From the NCBI GenBank assembly GCA_026397155.1, contig JAPLVJ010000052.1, positions 1 through 53,958 on the forward strand: DNA of 53,958 nucleotides, written 5' to 3'. Position numbers and translations under genes: made by a program. Source of the DNA: Candidatus Berkelbacteria bacterium. Its GTDB lineage: Bacteria > Patescibacteriota > UBA1384 > JAPLVJ01. The notes below the pieces were generated by a model. The model was not told where the DNA came from. It was given only the letters and a program-made list of their open reading frames with translations, and made no database searches. The stretch's first letter is position 1, and each line of letters opens with the position of its first letter. Positions 34,759-43,734 of this stretch are shown piece after piece.

Positions 34759-36033
34759 TTACTTGATCATTTCGGCAATTTTATTAATTTTGGCTCGTTC
34801 CTGTTTCATTGTGTCGCGGTCGCGGATGGTAACTTTTTTATCTTTCAAAGTCTCGAAATCGATCGTGACGCAAAAAGGTGTACCAATTTCATCCTGGCGG
34901 CGGTAGCGACGGCCAATGCTTCCCGATTCATCGTATTCAATGTCGCTGTAGCATTTTTTAAGCTCAGAGTAAACTTCTTTTGCTTCTTTCGATAATTTCT
35001 TTGTAAGTGGCAAAACAGCTACTTTAATTGGCGCTAGTTTTGGTGAAAAATGCAATATAACCTCTTTTCCTGTCGTTGCCTCTGTTGTTTTTGTACGTGG
35101 TTTTACTTCCTCGAAAGCATCACAAATTATAGCTAGCATCAAGCGCTCTATTCCCAAAGTTGGCTCGATAACATAAGGGATGTATTTTTCATTAGTCTCC
35201 GGGTCAAAATAATTCAAATCCTGGCCGGATTTTTCCATATGGGCTTTAAGATCGAAATCGGTGCGGTTAGCTAAACCAGTTAGCTCTTTCCAACCGAATG
35301 GATAATTGTAATTAATATCAACCGTTTTTTTTGAATAATGTGATAATGCCTCTTTTGGATGTTCATAATGTTTCAAATTTTCTTTTTTAATTCCCGTTGA
35401 CAAAATAAATTCTTCCCAAAGTTTTAGCCACTCTCCAAAAGCTTTATCATCGTCACCCTTTTTAACAAAATATTCTATTTCGGCAATTTCAAACTCACGA
35501 ACTCTAAATAAAAAATCTTTGGTATTAATTTCATTTCTAAAACTTTTGCCGATTTGAGCGACACCAAAGGGGATCTTTTGCCTCGATACCTCCAACACCT
35601 GTTTAAAATCAGTAAACATGCCTTGCGCTGTTTCCGGTCTTAAATAGGTATCGGCGGTTTTAAACATTGTATTAAAACTTTTTGGCTTTGTAAACTCGTG
35701 CTCGCCGCCCTTTTGACATTTTTCTTCAGGCTTATCATCAGCCTTAAAACGCTTATTACACTTTTTGCATTCAACTAACTCATCATTAAAACTGGTTTCG
35801 TGACCGCTCGCCTGCCAGACAGCGCGGTTCATTAAAATTGCTGATTCAATGCCGACAATATCATCTCTATCTTCAACAAAAGTTTTCCACCAAAGCCTTT
35901 TGATGTTATTTTTAAGCGCTAAACCATATGGACCAAAATCATAAACACCGCCTAAGCCGCCATAAATTTCGCTTCCAGGTATAATAAATCCCCTGCGCTT
36001 TGCCCATGAAACAATTTTTTCAAGTTTTGTCAT
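34759..36033 (-). CDS. glyQS: Glycine--tRNA ligase (homodimeric alpha2 type)
   Basis: 424 aa with FIIPGSEIYGGLGGVYDFGPYG, class II motifs (FRNEI) and an anticodon-binding C-terminal domain. Confidence 0.93.
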   Translation of the reverse strand: MTKLEKIVSWAKRRGFIIPGSEIYGGLGGVYDFGPYGLALKNNIKRLWWKTFVEDRDDIVGIESAILMNRAVWQASGHETSFNDELVECKKCNKRFKADDKPEEKCQKGGEHEFTKPKSFNTMFKTADTYLRPETAQGMFTDFKQVLEVSRQKIPFGVAQIGKSFRNEINTKDFLFRVREFEIAEIEYFVKKGDDDKAFGEWLKLWEEFILSTGIKKENLKHYEHPKEALSHYSKKTVDINYNYPFGWKELTGLANRTDFDLKAHMEKSGQDLNYFDPETNEKYIPYVIEPTLGIERLMLAIICDAFEEVKPRTKTTEATTGKEVILHFSPKLAPIKVAVLPLTKKLSKEAKEVYSELKKCYSDIEYDESGSIGRRYRRQDEIGTPFCVTIDFETLKDKKVTIRDRDTMKQERAKINKIAEMIK

Positions 36034-36076
36034 TGGGAATCCTTTATATTCATCTTATCATCGACATGCTAACCAA

Positions 36077-36865
36077 TCAATATTTGATAGATTTAAACCT
36101 GATTTGTTTATTTTTCAACAATACTTGAGCCACTTTTGTTACTTTGCCAACATCCCCAGTAGTAAAAAATTGATGAACTGATTTTTGACTATTTGCGTTA
36201 TTACATGAGTCTGCAATTTTTTTTACTTGTTTGGCTACAGCACCATTCGAATCTAATATAATTACGTTTTTGCCTACAATCTTTTGTATTTCTTTCTTGA
36301 CAAATGGAAAATGCGTACAACCCAATGCAATAACATCCACTTGTTGTTTAATTAAACGCTCTGTGCAAACCTTTAAAACTTGACTTAATCTTAAGTTTTG
36401 TTTTTTGTCGAAATTTTCAATATAATCTACCAATTCGCTACAGGGTTGATAAAGAGTTTTATAACCTAAACTTTTTGGACAAAACTGATTGACTAAATTT
36501 CTTAAATAATGACTTTCTATTGTCCGTCTAGTAGCAAGTATGCCTATTTTTTTACTTATTAATGCAGCTTTCTTTATTACTGGAACAACACCGACAATTG
36601 GGGTATTAGGAAATTTATTTCTAAGCCAGATCAATGCTGATACTGAAGCGCTATTGCAAGCAACAACAACAATCTCTACTTTGTGCTGAAGTAAAAATTG
36701 AGCATTCTTCTGACATAACGCTTTAATTTCTGACACTGATTTTTCACCATAAGGACAGCTGGCAGTATCAGCAATATATATTGTTGAAATATTAGGAATA
36801 ATCTTAGTAATTTCCTGATAAATTCCAAGTCCCCCAATACCAGAATCAAAAATACCTATTTTCAT
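36077..36865 (-). CDS. murI: Glutamate racemase
   Basis: 262 aa with IGIFDSGIGGL and the two catalytic Cys motifs VVACNSAS and LGCTHFP. Confidence 0.93.
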   Translation of the reverse strand: MKIGIFDSGIGGLGIYQEITKIIPNISTIYIADTASCPYGEKSVSEIKALCQKNAQFLLQHKVEIVVVACNSASVSALIWLRNKFPNTPIVGVVPVIKKAALISKKIGILATRRTIESHYLRNLVNQFCPKSLGYKTLYQPCSELVDYIENFDKKQNLRLSQVLKVCTERLIKQQVDVIALGCTHFPFVKKEIQKIVGKNVIILDSNGAVAKQVKKIADSCNNANSQKSVHQFFTTGDVGKVTKVAQVLLKNKQIRFKSIKY

Positions 36866-36877
36866 TTTTTCCCTACA

Positions 36878-37642
36878 TCAAAGTTCTTTAAATAGATTAT
36901 CAATTTCTTTGATAAATTTCGTTGATTTAAATTCTTTTTCCGCAATATACCTTAAAAATTTCTCACAGACGTTTTTTAATTCGTTGTTGATTTCCAAAGT
37001 AACTTTTAATTTTAAAACTGTATTTAAATTGTATGACAAAAAAAACCGTAATGTTTTAAGTGCGTCTTTGGAAATTCTCACACTTCTTGGATCAATTTTA
37101 GTACTACAGGCAGGACAAACTATACCCCCAAGCTTACATGAAAAGTAGTTATTGATCGGCTGAAGTGCCTTACGGCAGTGTACACAAAGTCCTAATTCTG
37201 GCTGATAACCTAAAGCTAAAAGTAAATTAATTTCATAATATCTTACTATCTCTTCCTTTGGTTCGTTCTTATCTAAGGCCCTAAAAACCTCAAGAACAAG
37301 ATCAAATATTTTGTTATTCTTTTCTTTTTCAGCAGTTAATTTATCGCATAATTCGGCAAAATAATAAGCTAGAGCAGTTTTTTTTAGACTGTTCCTGATG
37401 TTTTTAAAACTTTCAATAGTGTATGCAGAGATAAGGGTGTCAATTTCTTTACCGTTTGCAATAACAAGATCAGAGTAATTAAAAAGTTCGAGATGCCCCC
37501 TATTTCTTGACAAAATCCATCTAATACCCTTAGCTTTTGTTCTAATCTTCCCCTCTGTGTCTGTATAAATTGTGATCAGTTTATCTGCTTCGCCAAAATC
37601 ACTTCTTTTAATAATAATTCCTTTTGTTTTGTAAGTCGGCAT
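36878..37642 (-). CDS. recO: DNA repair protein RecO
   Basis: It has an OB-fold N-terminus (KTKGIIIKRSDFGEADKLITIYT) and a zinc finger CVHCRK...CPAC. The ATG at 37642 (MPTYKT..) is preferred over the listed TTG at 37687. Confidence 0.88.
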   Translation of the reverse strand: MPTYKTKGIIIKRSDFGEADKLITIYTDTEGKIRTKAKGIRWILSRNRGHLELFNYSDLVIANGKEIDTLISAYTIESFKNIRNSLKKTALAYYFAELCDKLTAEKEKNNKIFDLVLEVFRALDKNEPKEEIVRYYEINLLLALGYQPELGLCVHCRKALQPINNYFSCKLGGIVCPACSTKIDPRSVRISKDALKTLRFFLSYNLNTVLKLKVTLEINNELKNVCEKFLRYIAEKEFKSTKFIKEIDNLFKEL

Positions 37643-37799
37643 ATGAGTATATTTTACTATACACTTGTGCACAAAAAAAGGAGACAAACCAAAGCCTGGT
37701 ATGATGCTTCGACAATATCAGGATTTACACTTTCAGCTGTCCATATTCTGCCCCCAAACAATCCAAGGCAATGTTTCTCATATTAATCACCTAGAACAC

Positions 37800-38165
37800 C
37801 TATTTATGCTGATAAATTCCACTTCTGGGATCACCATTCATACAAACACAGCAGCCGGTTTTGCTTGTTTTAGGGTTCCTGGTGTTTTCGTGGTCAACAT
37901 GACAATCATAGTTTGAGCATCTTCTGGCTATATTTGGGACTAATATATGCCCGGGTGGTAGCTTTGCTTGGGCTCTATTAATATCGCTTTGGCTTGGATT
38001 AATGAGGAAAACGTCTACACGCGAATTTCCTCCCGGGAAAAATGATACCCAAACACTTCTACCTATAGGCGTAGCTTCTCTTTTACCATCAATCTCAACA
38101 GTACATTCAGGATTCGGGCAGACATTATTCTGACGACCAGATTCTCCATTCTTTATCCAGACCAT
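37800..38165 (-). CDS. Cys/His-rich 121-aa protein of unknown function (orphan). It is visibly GC-richer than its neighbours.
   Basis: A perfect SD (AAGGAGGT) lies 7 nt before the ATG. Cysteine pairs CPNPEC and CSNYDC (both Cx4C) are present, plus HVDH and CCVC near the C-terminus. I recognise no family. Confidence 0.7.
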   Translation of the reverse strand: MVWIKNGESGRQNNVCPNPECTVEIDGKREATPIGRSVWVSFFPGGNSRVDVFLINPSQSDINRAQAKLPPGHILVPNIARRCSNYDCHVDHENTRNPKTSKTGCCVCMNGDPRSGIYQHK

Positions 38166-38200
38166 TCTTCTACCTCCTTGTTGTGACGTACGTATATAAC

Positions 38201-38228
38201 AAAAAGTCCGCCGGGAGGCGGGCTTTTT
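38201..38228 (-). terminator. Intrinsic, bidirectional-looking terminator that forms the expression platform of a leader upstream of the 121-aa gene
   Basis: The sequence is AAAAA-GCCCGCC-UCCC-GGCGGAC-UUUUU. On the minus strand it has 5 contiguous G-C pairs plus a closing pair. On the plus strand it has 7 bp with one G-U. It ends about 20 nt before the SD of the 37800-38165 gene. Confidence 0.6.
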
Positions 38229-38254
38229 GTATATGTTCTAATAAACTGCTAAAA

Positions 38255-38320
38255 CTAAACCAGCCTCCCTAAAGGGATGCAAACAGGAAGAATAATTGGA
38301 AGTAAACTGGTTAAAATCAT
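38255..38320 (-). CDS. Candidate 21-codon leader peptide MILTSLLPIILPVCIPLGRLV
   Basis: The ATG at 38320 is preceded by AAGGT with a 6-nt spacer, and stop TAG is at 38257-38255. The ORF is too short for the ORF track. Its 3' codons contain GGGAGGC (38269-38263), which is complementary to GCCUCCC in the terminator 5' arm and loop. Confidence 0.3.
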   Translation of the reverse strand: MILTSLLPIILPVCIPLGRLV

Positions 38321-38336
38321 TTTTTACCTTATTTTT

Positions 38337-38365
38337 AATCTATATTATTACTCTATCAATGTCAA
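38337..38365 (-). promoter_or_regulatory. Candidate promoter for the leader / 121-aa gene transcript
   Basis: On the minus strand: TTGACA (38365-38360), a 17-nt spacer, TAGATT (38342-38337). Confidence 0.4.
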
Positions 38366-38372
38366 GCTTTTA

Positions 38373-38446
38373 TCCTCCTTCGCCCCCCTTCGCTTTAACA
38401 AGCTTCGGAGGGGTTTCGGCGGATTTCTCTCCGCCGAAATGGAGGA
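38373..38446 (-). ncRNA. GC-rich three-way-junction fold in the fpg 3' region (unclassified structured element)
   Basis: On the minus strand, P1 pairs UCCUCC (38446-38441) with GGAGGA (38378-38373). P2 is a perfect 10-bp hairpin, UUUCGGCGGA-GAGAAA-UCCGCCGAAA (38439-38414). P3 pairs CCCCUC with GGGGGG, has a GAA/GAA-type internal loop and an inner GCUU-GUUA-AAGC hairpin (38413-38383). Confidence 0.3.
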
Positions 38447-38477
38447 GAAGATATAGTCGACTTCAGTCGGCGGAGCT

Positions 38478-39308
38478 TCATTTCTGACAGCCGGGACAAA
38501 AATAAGAGGTTCGTCCACCAAACTTCAATGAGGTAATCTTTCCATGACATCTTATACAATCCTCGCCTTTTCTTCGATACACCTTACGATGTAAATAATA
38601 GGTACCCTTTTCACCGGTTGTTCTTTTATATGTATCCATTGATGAACCCTTGTATTTTAAAGCTTCTTTTAAAATTTTTTGCATACCATTATGCAATTTT
38701 TTAATTTCATCTTCGGTTAAATCTCTTACTTTGCGTGTTGGAAGAACGCCAGTGTAGAATAAAATCTCATCAGAATAGATATTTCCTATTCCCGCAATAA
38801 AACTTTGATCCATTAAAAGCGGCTTTATTCTTAACTTTGGTTTTTTGTTAAACATTTCTTTAAGTTGTTCTAAAGAAAAACTAGGATTAATTGGCTCTGG
38901 ACCATATTTATCTTCAATGTTTTTCAACTGTTCTTTACTCGTAATTACTTTTATGTAACCGAATTTGATACGATCATTGAAAACTAACTTTGACCCGTCA
39001 CTAAAGTTAAAAATTGCACTAGTAAATTTATTTGCTCCTTCACCGGTTTTAGTTTGCTTCTCTCCTTTTGGAACAAAAAATAGCTGCCCGGTTAGTTTTA
39101 GATGGATAGCAAGATACAAATCTTTTTCTAACTCAACAATTATTAACTTCGCCCGCCTCCTTATGTTAATTATTTTTAGACCCCGAACACCTTTGACATT
39201 ACCTTGGGCAACCCGAGGCACTTTAATTTCAATACCTTCAATTCTTCTGTTTAGTATTTCTTTTCTCAATTCATTAACAATTGTCTCAACTTCTGGTAAC
39301 TCTGGCAT
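38478..39308 (-). CDS. mutM: Formamidopyrimidine-DNA glycosylase
   Basis: 276 aa with the N-terminal MPELPEVE catalytic motif, an H2TH domain and the C-terminal zinc finger CIRCHG...YFCPGCQK. Confidence 0.95.
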   Translation of the reverse strand: MPELPEVETIVNELRKEILNRRIEGIEIKVPRVAQGNVKGVRGLKIINIRRRAKLIIVELEKDLYLAIHLKLTGQLFFVPKGEKQTKTGEGANKFTSAIFNFSDGSKLVFNDRIKFGYIKVITSKEQLKNIEDKYGPEPINPSFSLEQLKEMFNKKPKLRIKPLLMDQSFIAGIGNIYSDEILFYTGVLPTRKVRDLTEDEIKKLHNGMQKILKEALKYKGSSMDTYKRTTGEKGTYYLHRKVYRRKGEDCIRCHGKITSLKFGGRTSYFCPGCQK

Positions 39309-39340
39309 TGTTTTTCTCTTTCATTTTCCTCATTATACCG

Positions 39341-39787
39341 TCATTTTTTAAAAATTAGCCAGCTATTTAGATCATTACCCATTTTTGTTTTAATTAAAAT
39401 ATAATTACCTTTTATTTTTTCTCCCATGAGTTCAAATTCGATTTGGCTATTTGTTCTTGAAATTAGTCTAAAATTGCCTTTGTCGAAAATTTTTACTTCA
39501 CCCGCACCATATTGGCCTTTAGGAATTATGCCAGTAAAATCAATATAACTTACTGGATGATCTTCCACTTCAACTGCTAACCGCTTGATTTTAGCTTCTT
39601 TAGGTATACCCTTTGGTACTGCCCATGACTTCAAAACACCATCTAATTCTAGTCTAAAGTCAAAATGATAATGCTGGGCAGAATGCTCGTGAACAACAAA
39701 CCTAAAAAGATTATCCTGCTCAACTTTTCCTTTTGGCTCTGGAGTTTTATTGAACTTTTTTTTGATTTGATATTTCCTTAAAGTCAT
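39341..39787 (-). CDS. Stand-alone LigD-type 3'-phosphoesterase (PE) domain protein
   Basis: 148 aa with LRKYQIKKKFNKTPEP and FVVHEHSAQHYHFDFRLELDGVLKSWAVPKG...VEDHPVSYIDFTGIIPKGQYGAGEV, which match the LigD PE domain signature. No ligase or polymerase domain is attached. Confidence 0.88.
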   Translation of the reverse strand: MTLRKYQIKKKFNKTPEPKGKVEQDNLFRFVVHEHSAQHYHFDFRLELDGVLKSWAVPKGIPKEAKIKRLAVEVEDHPVSYIDFTGIIPKGQYGAGEVKIFDKGNFRLISRTNSQIEFELMGEKIKGNYILIKTKMGNDLNSWLIFKK

Positions 39788-40295
39788 TATCTTCTAAACC
39801 CCTTTTAGTTTTCACCAAATTTCTGCTTCCCAAATTAATCAACCCTTCATCTTCTCCAGAAATATATGCAGCAACAATCTCTCCTAAAAATATTGTGTGG
39901 TCAGAAGTCACCATTTGATCTATCAGTTTACATTCAAAACAAGCTAATGAATCTTCAAGTAGCGGCACTGAAATTTTCTTTGAAGGCAGGATTTTTAATT
40001 TTGTTTTTGGCAATTTTCCAACATCCCACCCAGAAACAGAGCCACAAAATAGAACATCTTTTCTTTGTTTATATGAAGGTATACAAAGTGTAAATTCTTT
40101 TGTATCTAAAATTGCCTTATGAGAATAATGCCTTTTTGCGATACCAACTGCCCAAGTTTTTGGATTTGAGCTTCCTAGCATCGCCCAACCAATTGGAGTA
40201 ACATCAATTTTTCCTTCTTTTGATTTTGTTACAACTAAAACAACTATCTCGGGGTGTCTAAATTTCATGGCTTCTTCGATTCTTATTTGCTTCAT
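39747..40295 (-). CDS. Flavin reductase-like (FMN-binding split-barrel) domain protein
   Basis: 182 aa with the pattern HPEIVVLVVTKSKEGKIDVTPIGWAM...EFTLCIPS...DHTIFLGEIV, typical of the flavin reductase-like domain. Its 3' end overlaps the PE gene start by 41 nt. Confidence 0.7.
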   Translation of the reverse strand: MKQIRIEEAMKFRHPEIVVLVVTKSKEGKIDVTPIGWAMLGSSNPKTWAVGIAKRHYSHKAILDTKEFTLCIPSYKQRKDVLFCGSVSGWDVGKLPKTKLKILPSKKISVPLLEDSLACFECKLIDQMVTSDHTIFLGEIVAAYISGEDEGLINLGSRNLVKTKRGLEDNDFKEISNQKKVQ

Positions 40296-40304
40296 ACGAA
40301 TATT

Positions 40305-43181
40305 TTACCTTGTTTTTAACATTTTCTTCAAATATTGCCCAGTGTAAGATCTAGCTGTAGCTGCTATTTCTTCTGGCGTACCAGCAGCAACAACATAACC
40401 GCCCTTTTCCCCACCCTCAGGACCTAGGTCAATAATCCAATCCGCTGTTTTTATAACATGTAAATTATGCTCTATAACAATGACTGTGTTCCCTCTGTTG
40501 ACTAATTCTCCTAGAACATTTAATAGCTTTTTAACATCATCAAAATGAAGCCCAGTAGTTGGTTCGTCAAGAATATATAGTGTTTTTCCTGTCGAACGAC
40601 GCGCTAACTCTGTAGAGAGTTTAATTCTTTGCGCTTCTCCACCAGACAGTGTTGTTGCCGGTTGTCCTAGCTTAATGTAACTTAAACCAACTTTATCAAG
40701 AATTTCCAGTTTTTGTTTAATAAACGGAATGTTATCAAAAAAATGTAATGCTTCTTCTGCAGACATATTCAAAATGTCGGCAATGTTTTTACCTTTATAG
40801 GTTATTTCTAATGCCTCTCTATTATACCTCCGACCTTTACATTCCTCGCAAACAACGTAAACATCTGGCAGAAACTGCATTTCTATTTTGATCAACCCTT
40901 CCCCATGGCAAGCTTCACACCTACCTCCACGCACATTAAATGAAAACCTCCCAGCCTTGTATCCACGCGCACGTGCTTCTAAAGTTGAAGCAAATAATTC
41001 TCTGATTGGCGTAAAAACACCAGTATAAGTGGCTGGATTTGATCTGGGCGTTCTTCCAATTGGTGACTGATCTATAACAATTACTTTGTCTAAATATTTA
41101 ATTCCAGCAATATCTCTATGCTTTCCGGGTTTATCCTTAGTACGATGTAAATCGCAAGATAAACGTTTGGCTAAAATTTCGTTGATCAATGTTGATTTAC
41201 CCGAACCAGAAACACCTGTAACACAAACAAATTTTCCCAAAGGGATTTTCACGTTAATATTTTTTAAATTAAACTCTGAGGCACCTTTAATCTCCAATGA
41301 TTTTCCATTGCCTATTTTTCTTTGCTTTGGAATAGGAATTTCTTCTTTTCCGGAAAGATAACGTCCTGTCTTAGATTTTTCTGATTTCTTAATATCATCC
41401 AGTGTTCCAGAGGCAATTACTTCGCCACCATGCTCGCCAGCGCCTGGCCCAATATCTAAAATCCAGTCTGCGCTTTTTATTGTATCTTCATCGTGCTCAA
41501 CAACAATAATTGTGTTCCCGAGTTTCTTAAGCTTTTTTAACATAGAAAGAAGCCGATTATTATCCCTAGGATGCAAACCAATTGTTGGTTCATCTAAAAT
41601 ATATAACACCCCCTGAAGGCCTGAACCGATTTGAGTGGCTAACCTAATTCTCTGCGATTCCCCGCCGGCTAAAGTATTACCCACTCTGTCTAAAGTAAGA
41701 TATTCAAGGCCAACATTTTCCAAAAAAGAAAGTCTTGCCTTTATTTCTTTTAATATTTGCCTTGCAATATATTTTTGTGTCTCGGAAAATTCTTTTTCAA
41801 TATTTTCAAAGAAATCTTTTATTTCAACGATAGACATAGCCGACATTTGAGAAATTGATTTATTTCCAATCTTTACTGACAAAAATTCTGGCTTTAATCT
41901 CTGCCCTTTGCAACCAACACATTCTTGCTTAGTCATATATTTTTCAATTTCTTTTTTGACATAATCACTCTCGGTTTCCTTATAGCGCCGTTCTAGCGAC
42001 GGAATAACTCCCTCATAAGTTGTCCAATAACCATTAACTAAATAAGTATCGCCACTAGTTCCGTACAGAGTTTTTTCAATATTCTCTTTTTTTAATTTAC
42101 CAACTGGCACGTCCAAAGAGAAATGGTAGTTTTTAGCTACCTGACGCAAAATTGACATATACCACGAGTTATAACCCAAGCCTTTTGACCAAGGTCTAAC
42201 TGCTCCTTCAGCTATTGTTAAGCGTGGGTTTGGTAAAACTTGCTCGGGATCGATAATTAACTTCACACCTAAACCGGTACATGTTGGACAAGCACCGTAA
42301 GGACTATTAAACGAGAACGATCTAGGTGAGATCTCGGGTAAAGAAAGTCCGCAACTTGGACAAGCAAATAATTCTGAATAAATCGTTTCTTCTTTTGCAT
42401 CAACATCAGCTATTAAAATTGTACCTTCTCCTAATTTTAAAGCAATTTCAACAGATTGGGTTAAACGGTTTTTCATCTCGGCATAGTCTTCACTATCTTC
42501 TTGACTCATTAGTGACTTATCTAAAGTTAGCCTATCGACTACAACTTCAATGTTGTGACTCTTATTTTTATCTAAAGTGGGTACTTCAGATAGATCGCTT
42601 ACAATTCCATCAACCCTTACCCTGGCAAACCCGTCCTTCTTTAACTTAGCAAATATGTGAGCATGCTCACCTTTTTGCCCTTTGACTAACGATACCAAAA
42701 TCATAATTCTATGAACGTCTCCAGACAGGGAATTTTTTATTATTAGACGAAAATCTTCTATAATTTGATCAACGATTTGAGGGATTGTCTGACGGGCAAC
42801 TTTTTTATTGCAATTTGGACAAAAGGGTACACCAACTCTTGCCCAGAGTAATCTCATATAATCATAAATTTCTGTAATAGTTCCGACTGTTGAACGTGGA
42901 CCTCCTCCTGCCGACTTTTGATCAATGGAAATTGCCGGAGAGAGACCCTCAATATAATCTACGTCTGGCTTTTCCATGATTCCCAAAAATTGTCGTGCAT
43001 AAGAGGATAGACTTTCAACATAACGCCTTTGTCCTTCGGCATAGATCGTATCAAAAGCTAAAGATGACTTACCTGAACCCGAAAGACCGGTTATTACAAC
43101 TAATTGGTCGCGAGGAATCTCAATGTCAATATTTTTAAGATTATGCTCCCTAGCTCCACGTATAATAATTTTGTCATTCAT
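40305..43181 (-). CDS. uvrA: Excinuclease ABC subunit A
   Basis: It has two ABC ATPase modules ([14 protein letters not shown] and [10 protein letters not shown], with LSGGE signatures) and zinc-finger Cys clusters. The ATG at 43181 (MNDKIIIRG..) has an AAGGA SD. An alternative ATG at 43202 has no SD. Confidence 0.95.
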   Translation of the reverse strand: MNDKIIIRGAREHNLKNIDIEIPRDQLVVITGLSGSGKSSLAFDTIYAEGQRRYVESLSSYARQFLGIMEKPDVDYIEGLSPAISIDQKSAGGGPRSTVGTITEIYDYMRLLWARVGVPFCPNCNKKVARQTIPQIVDQIIEDFRLIIKNSLSGDVHRIMILVSLVKGQKGEHAHIFAKLKKDGFARVRVDGIVSDLSEVPTLDKNKSHNIEVVVDRLTLDKSLMSQEDSEDYAEMKNRLTQSVEIALKLGEGTILIADVDAKEETIYSELFACPSCGLSLPEISPRSFSFNSPYGACPTCTGLGVKLIIDPEQVLPNPRLTIAEGAVRPWSKGLGYNSWYMSILRQVAKNYHFSLDVPVGKLKKENIEKTLYGTSGDTYLVNGYWTTYEGVIPSLERRYKETESDYVKKEIEKYMTKQECVGCKGQRLKPEFLSVKIGNKSISQMSAMSIVEIKDFFENIEKEFSETQKYIARQILKEIKARLSFLENVGLEYLTLDRVGNTLAGGESQRIRLATQIGSGLQGVLYILDEPTIGLHPRDNNRLLSMLKKLKKLGNTIIVVEHDEDTIKSADWILDIGPGAGEHGGEVIASGTLDDIKKSEKSKTGRYLSGKEEIPIPKQRKIGNGKSLEIKGASEFNLKNINVKIPLGKFVCVTGVSGSGKSTLINEILAKRLSCDLHRTKDKPGKHRDIAGIKYLDKVIVIDQSPIGRTPRSNPATYTGVFTPIRELFASTLEARARGYKAGRFSFNVRGGRCEACHGEGLIKIEMQFLPDVYVVCEECKGRRYNREALEITYKGKNIADILNMSAEEALHFFDNIPFIKQKLEILDKVGLSYIKLGQPATTLSGGEAQRIKLSTELARRSTGKTLYILDEPTTGLHFDDVKKLLNVLGELVNRGNTVIVIEHNLHVIKTADWIIDLGPEGGEKGGYVVAAGTPEEIAATARSYTGQYLKKMLKTR

Positions 43182-43291
43182 GATTTTCCTTTTTCTCGAC
43201 ATTTTGTGTATAATTTTTCATAAAATATATTTTATCATAATCTTTACAAAAAAACAAAGGCCTGGTAGATTAAAATTGGTTAGGAGGAAAA

Positions 43292-43699
43292 ATGATTAAA
43301 GAATTATCCAAAACGAGCGAGCAAGACACCGTGGTAGGAGCAAACGTCAGGGTAACCGGCAAACTTCATACTTCTTCCAATATCCAGATTAATGGTCATG
43401 TTAAAGGAGAAGTTTCGTCAGACGGCAGTGTTGTAATAGGAAAAACTGCTATTATCGATGGCCCAATAGCCGCCTCTGACATAAGAATTGAGGGGGTTGT
43501 AAAGGGAAATATCACGGCATCAAATTCTCTCGAACTTCACTCAAAAGCCAAGGTTATTGGTGACATCCAAACCAAAATCCTGTCTATCCAATCAGGAGCG
43601 ACTTTTGTTGGAAAAAGTATTATGGAAGCAGAAGAAAACATCAAAGGAGAAGCAACCACCAAAAAAGAGTCGGAACCAGAGCTAGATATTGGAAAATAG
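43292..43699 (+). CDS. Bactofilin (polymer-forming cytoskeletal protein)
   Basis: 135 aa with repetitive beta-helix turns, V.G.V.G.I ([45 protein letters not shown]..). SD AGGAGG lies 4 nt upstream of the ATG. Confidence 0.85.
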   Translation: MIKELSKTSEQDTVVGANVRVTGKLHTSSNIQINGHVKGEVSSDGSVVIGKTAIIDGPIAASDIRIEGVVKGNITASNSLELHSKAKVIGDIQTKILSIQSGATFVGKSIMEAEENIKGEATTKKESEPELDIGK

Positions 43700-43734
43700 A
43701 TTGATCTAGAAATGATTAATTTTATGGGGCATTA

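Noticed and set aside
3468-36076. T-box leaders upstream of argS, tyrS and glyQS
   Set aside because: The upstream spacers are far too short: 6 nt for argS, about 25 nt of UTR for tyrS and 43 nt for glyQS. A ~200-nt T-box cannot fit, and no T-box consensus is seen.
37665-37916. 83-aa plus-strand ORF overlapping the 3' end of the Cys-rich gene
   Set aside because: It has no SD, whereas the opposite-strand 121-aa ORF has a perfect AAGGAGGT SD.
38373-38477. Hammerhead or another known small self-cleaving ribozyme in the three-way junction
   Set aside because: The junction strands are A, none and CGAA. The CUGAUGA and GAAA core of hammerheads is absent, and the nearby CUGAAG and CGAAAC strings do not fall in junction positions.
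38296-38487. 63-aa plus-strand ORF (TTG start) across the leader and three-way-junction region
   Set aside because: It has a TTG start without an SD, and its Pro/Ser-rich product derives from the GC-rich hairpins. The region is better explained as RNA structure plus a minus-strand promoter and leader.
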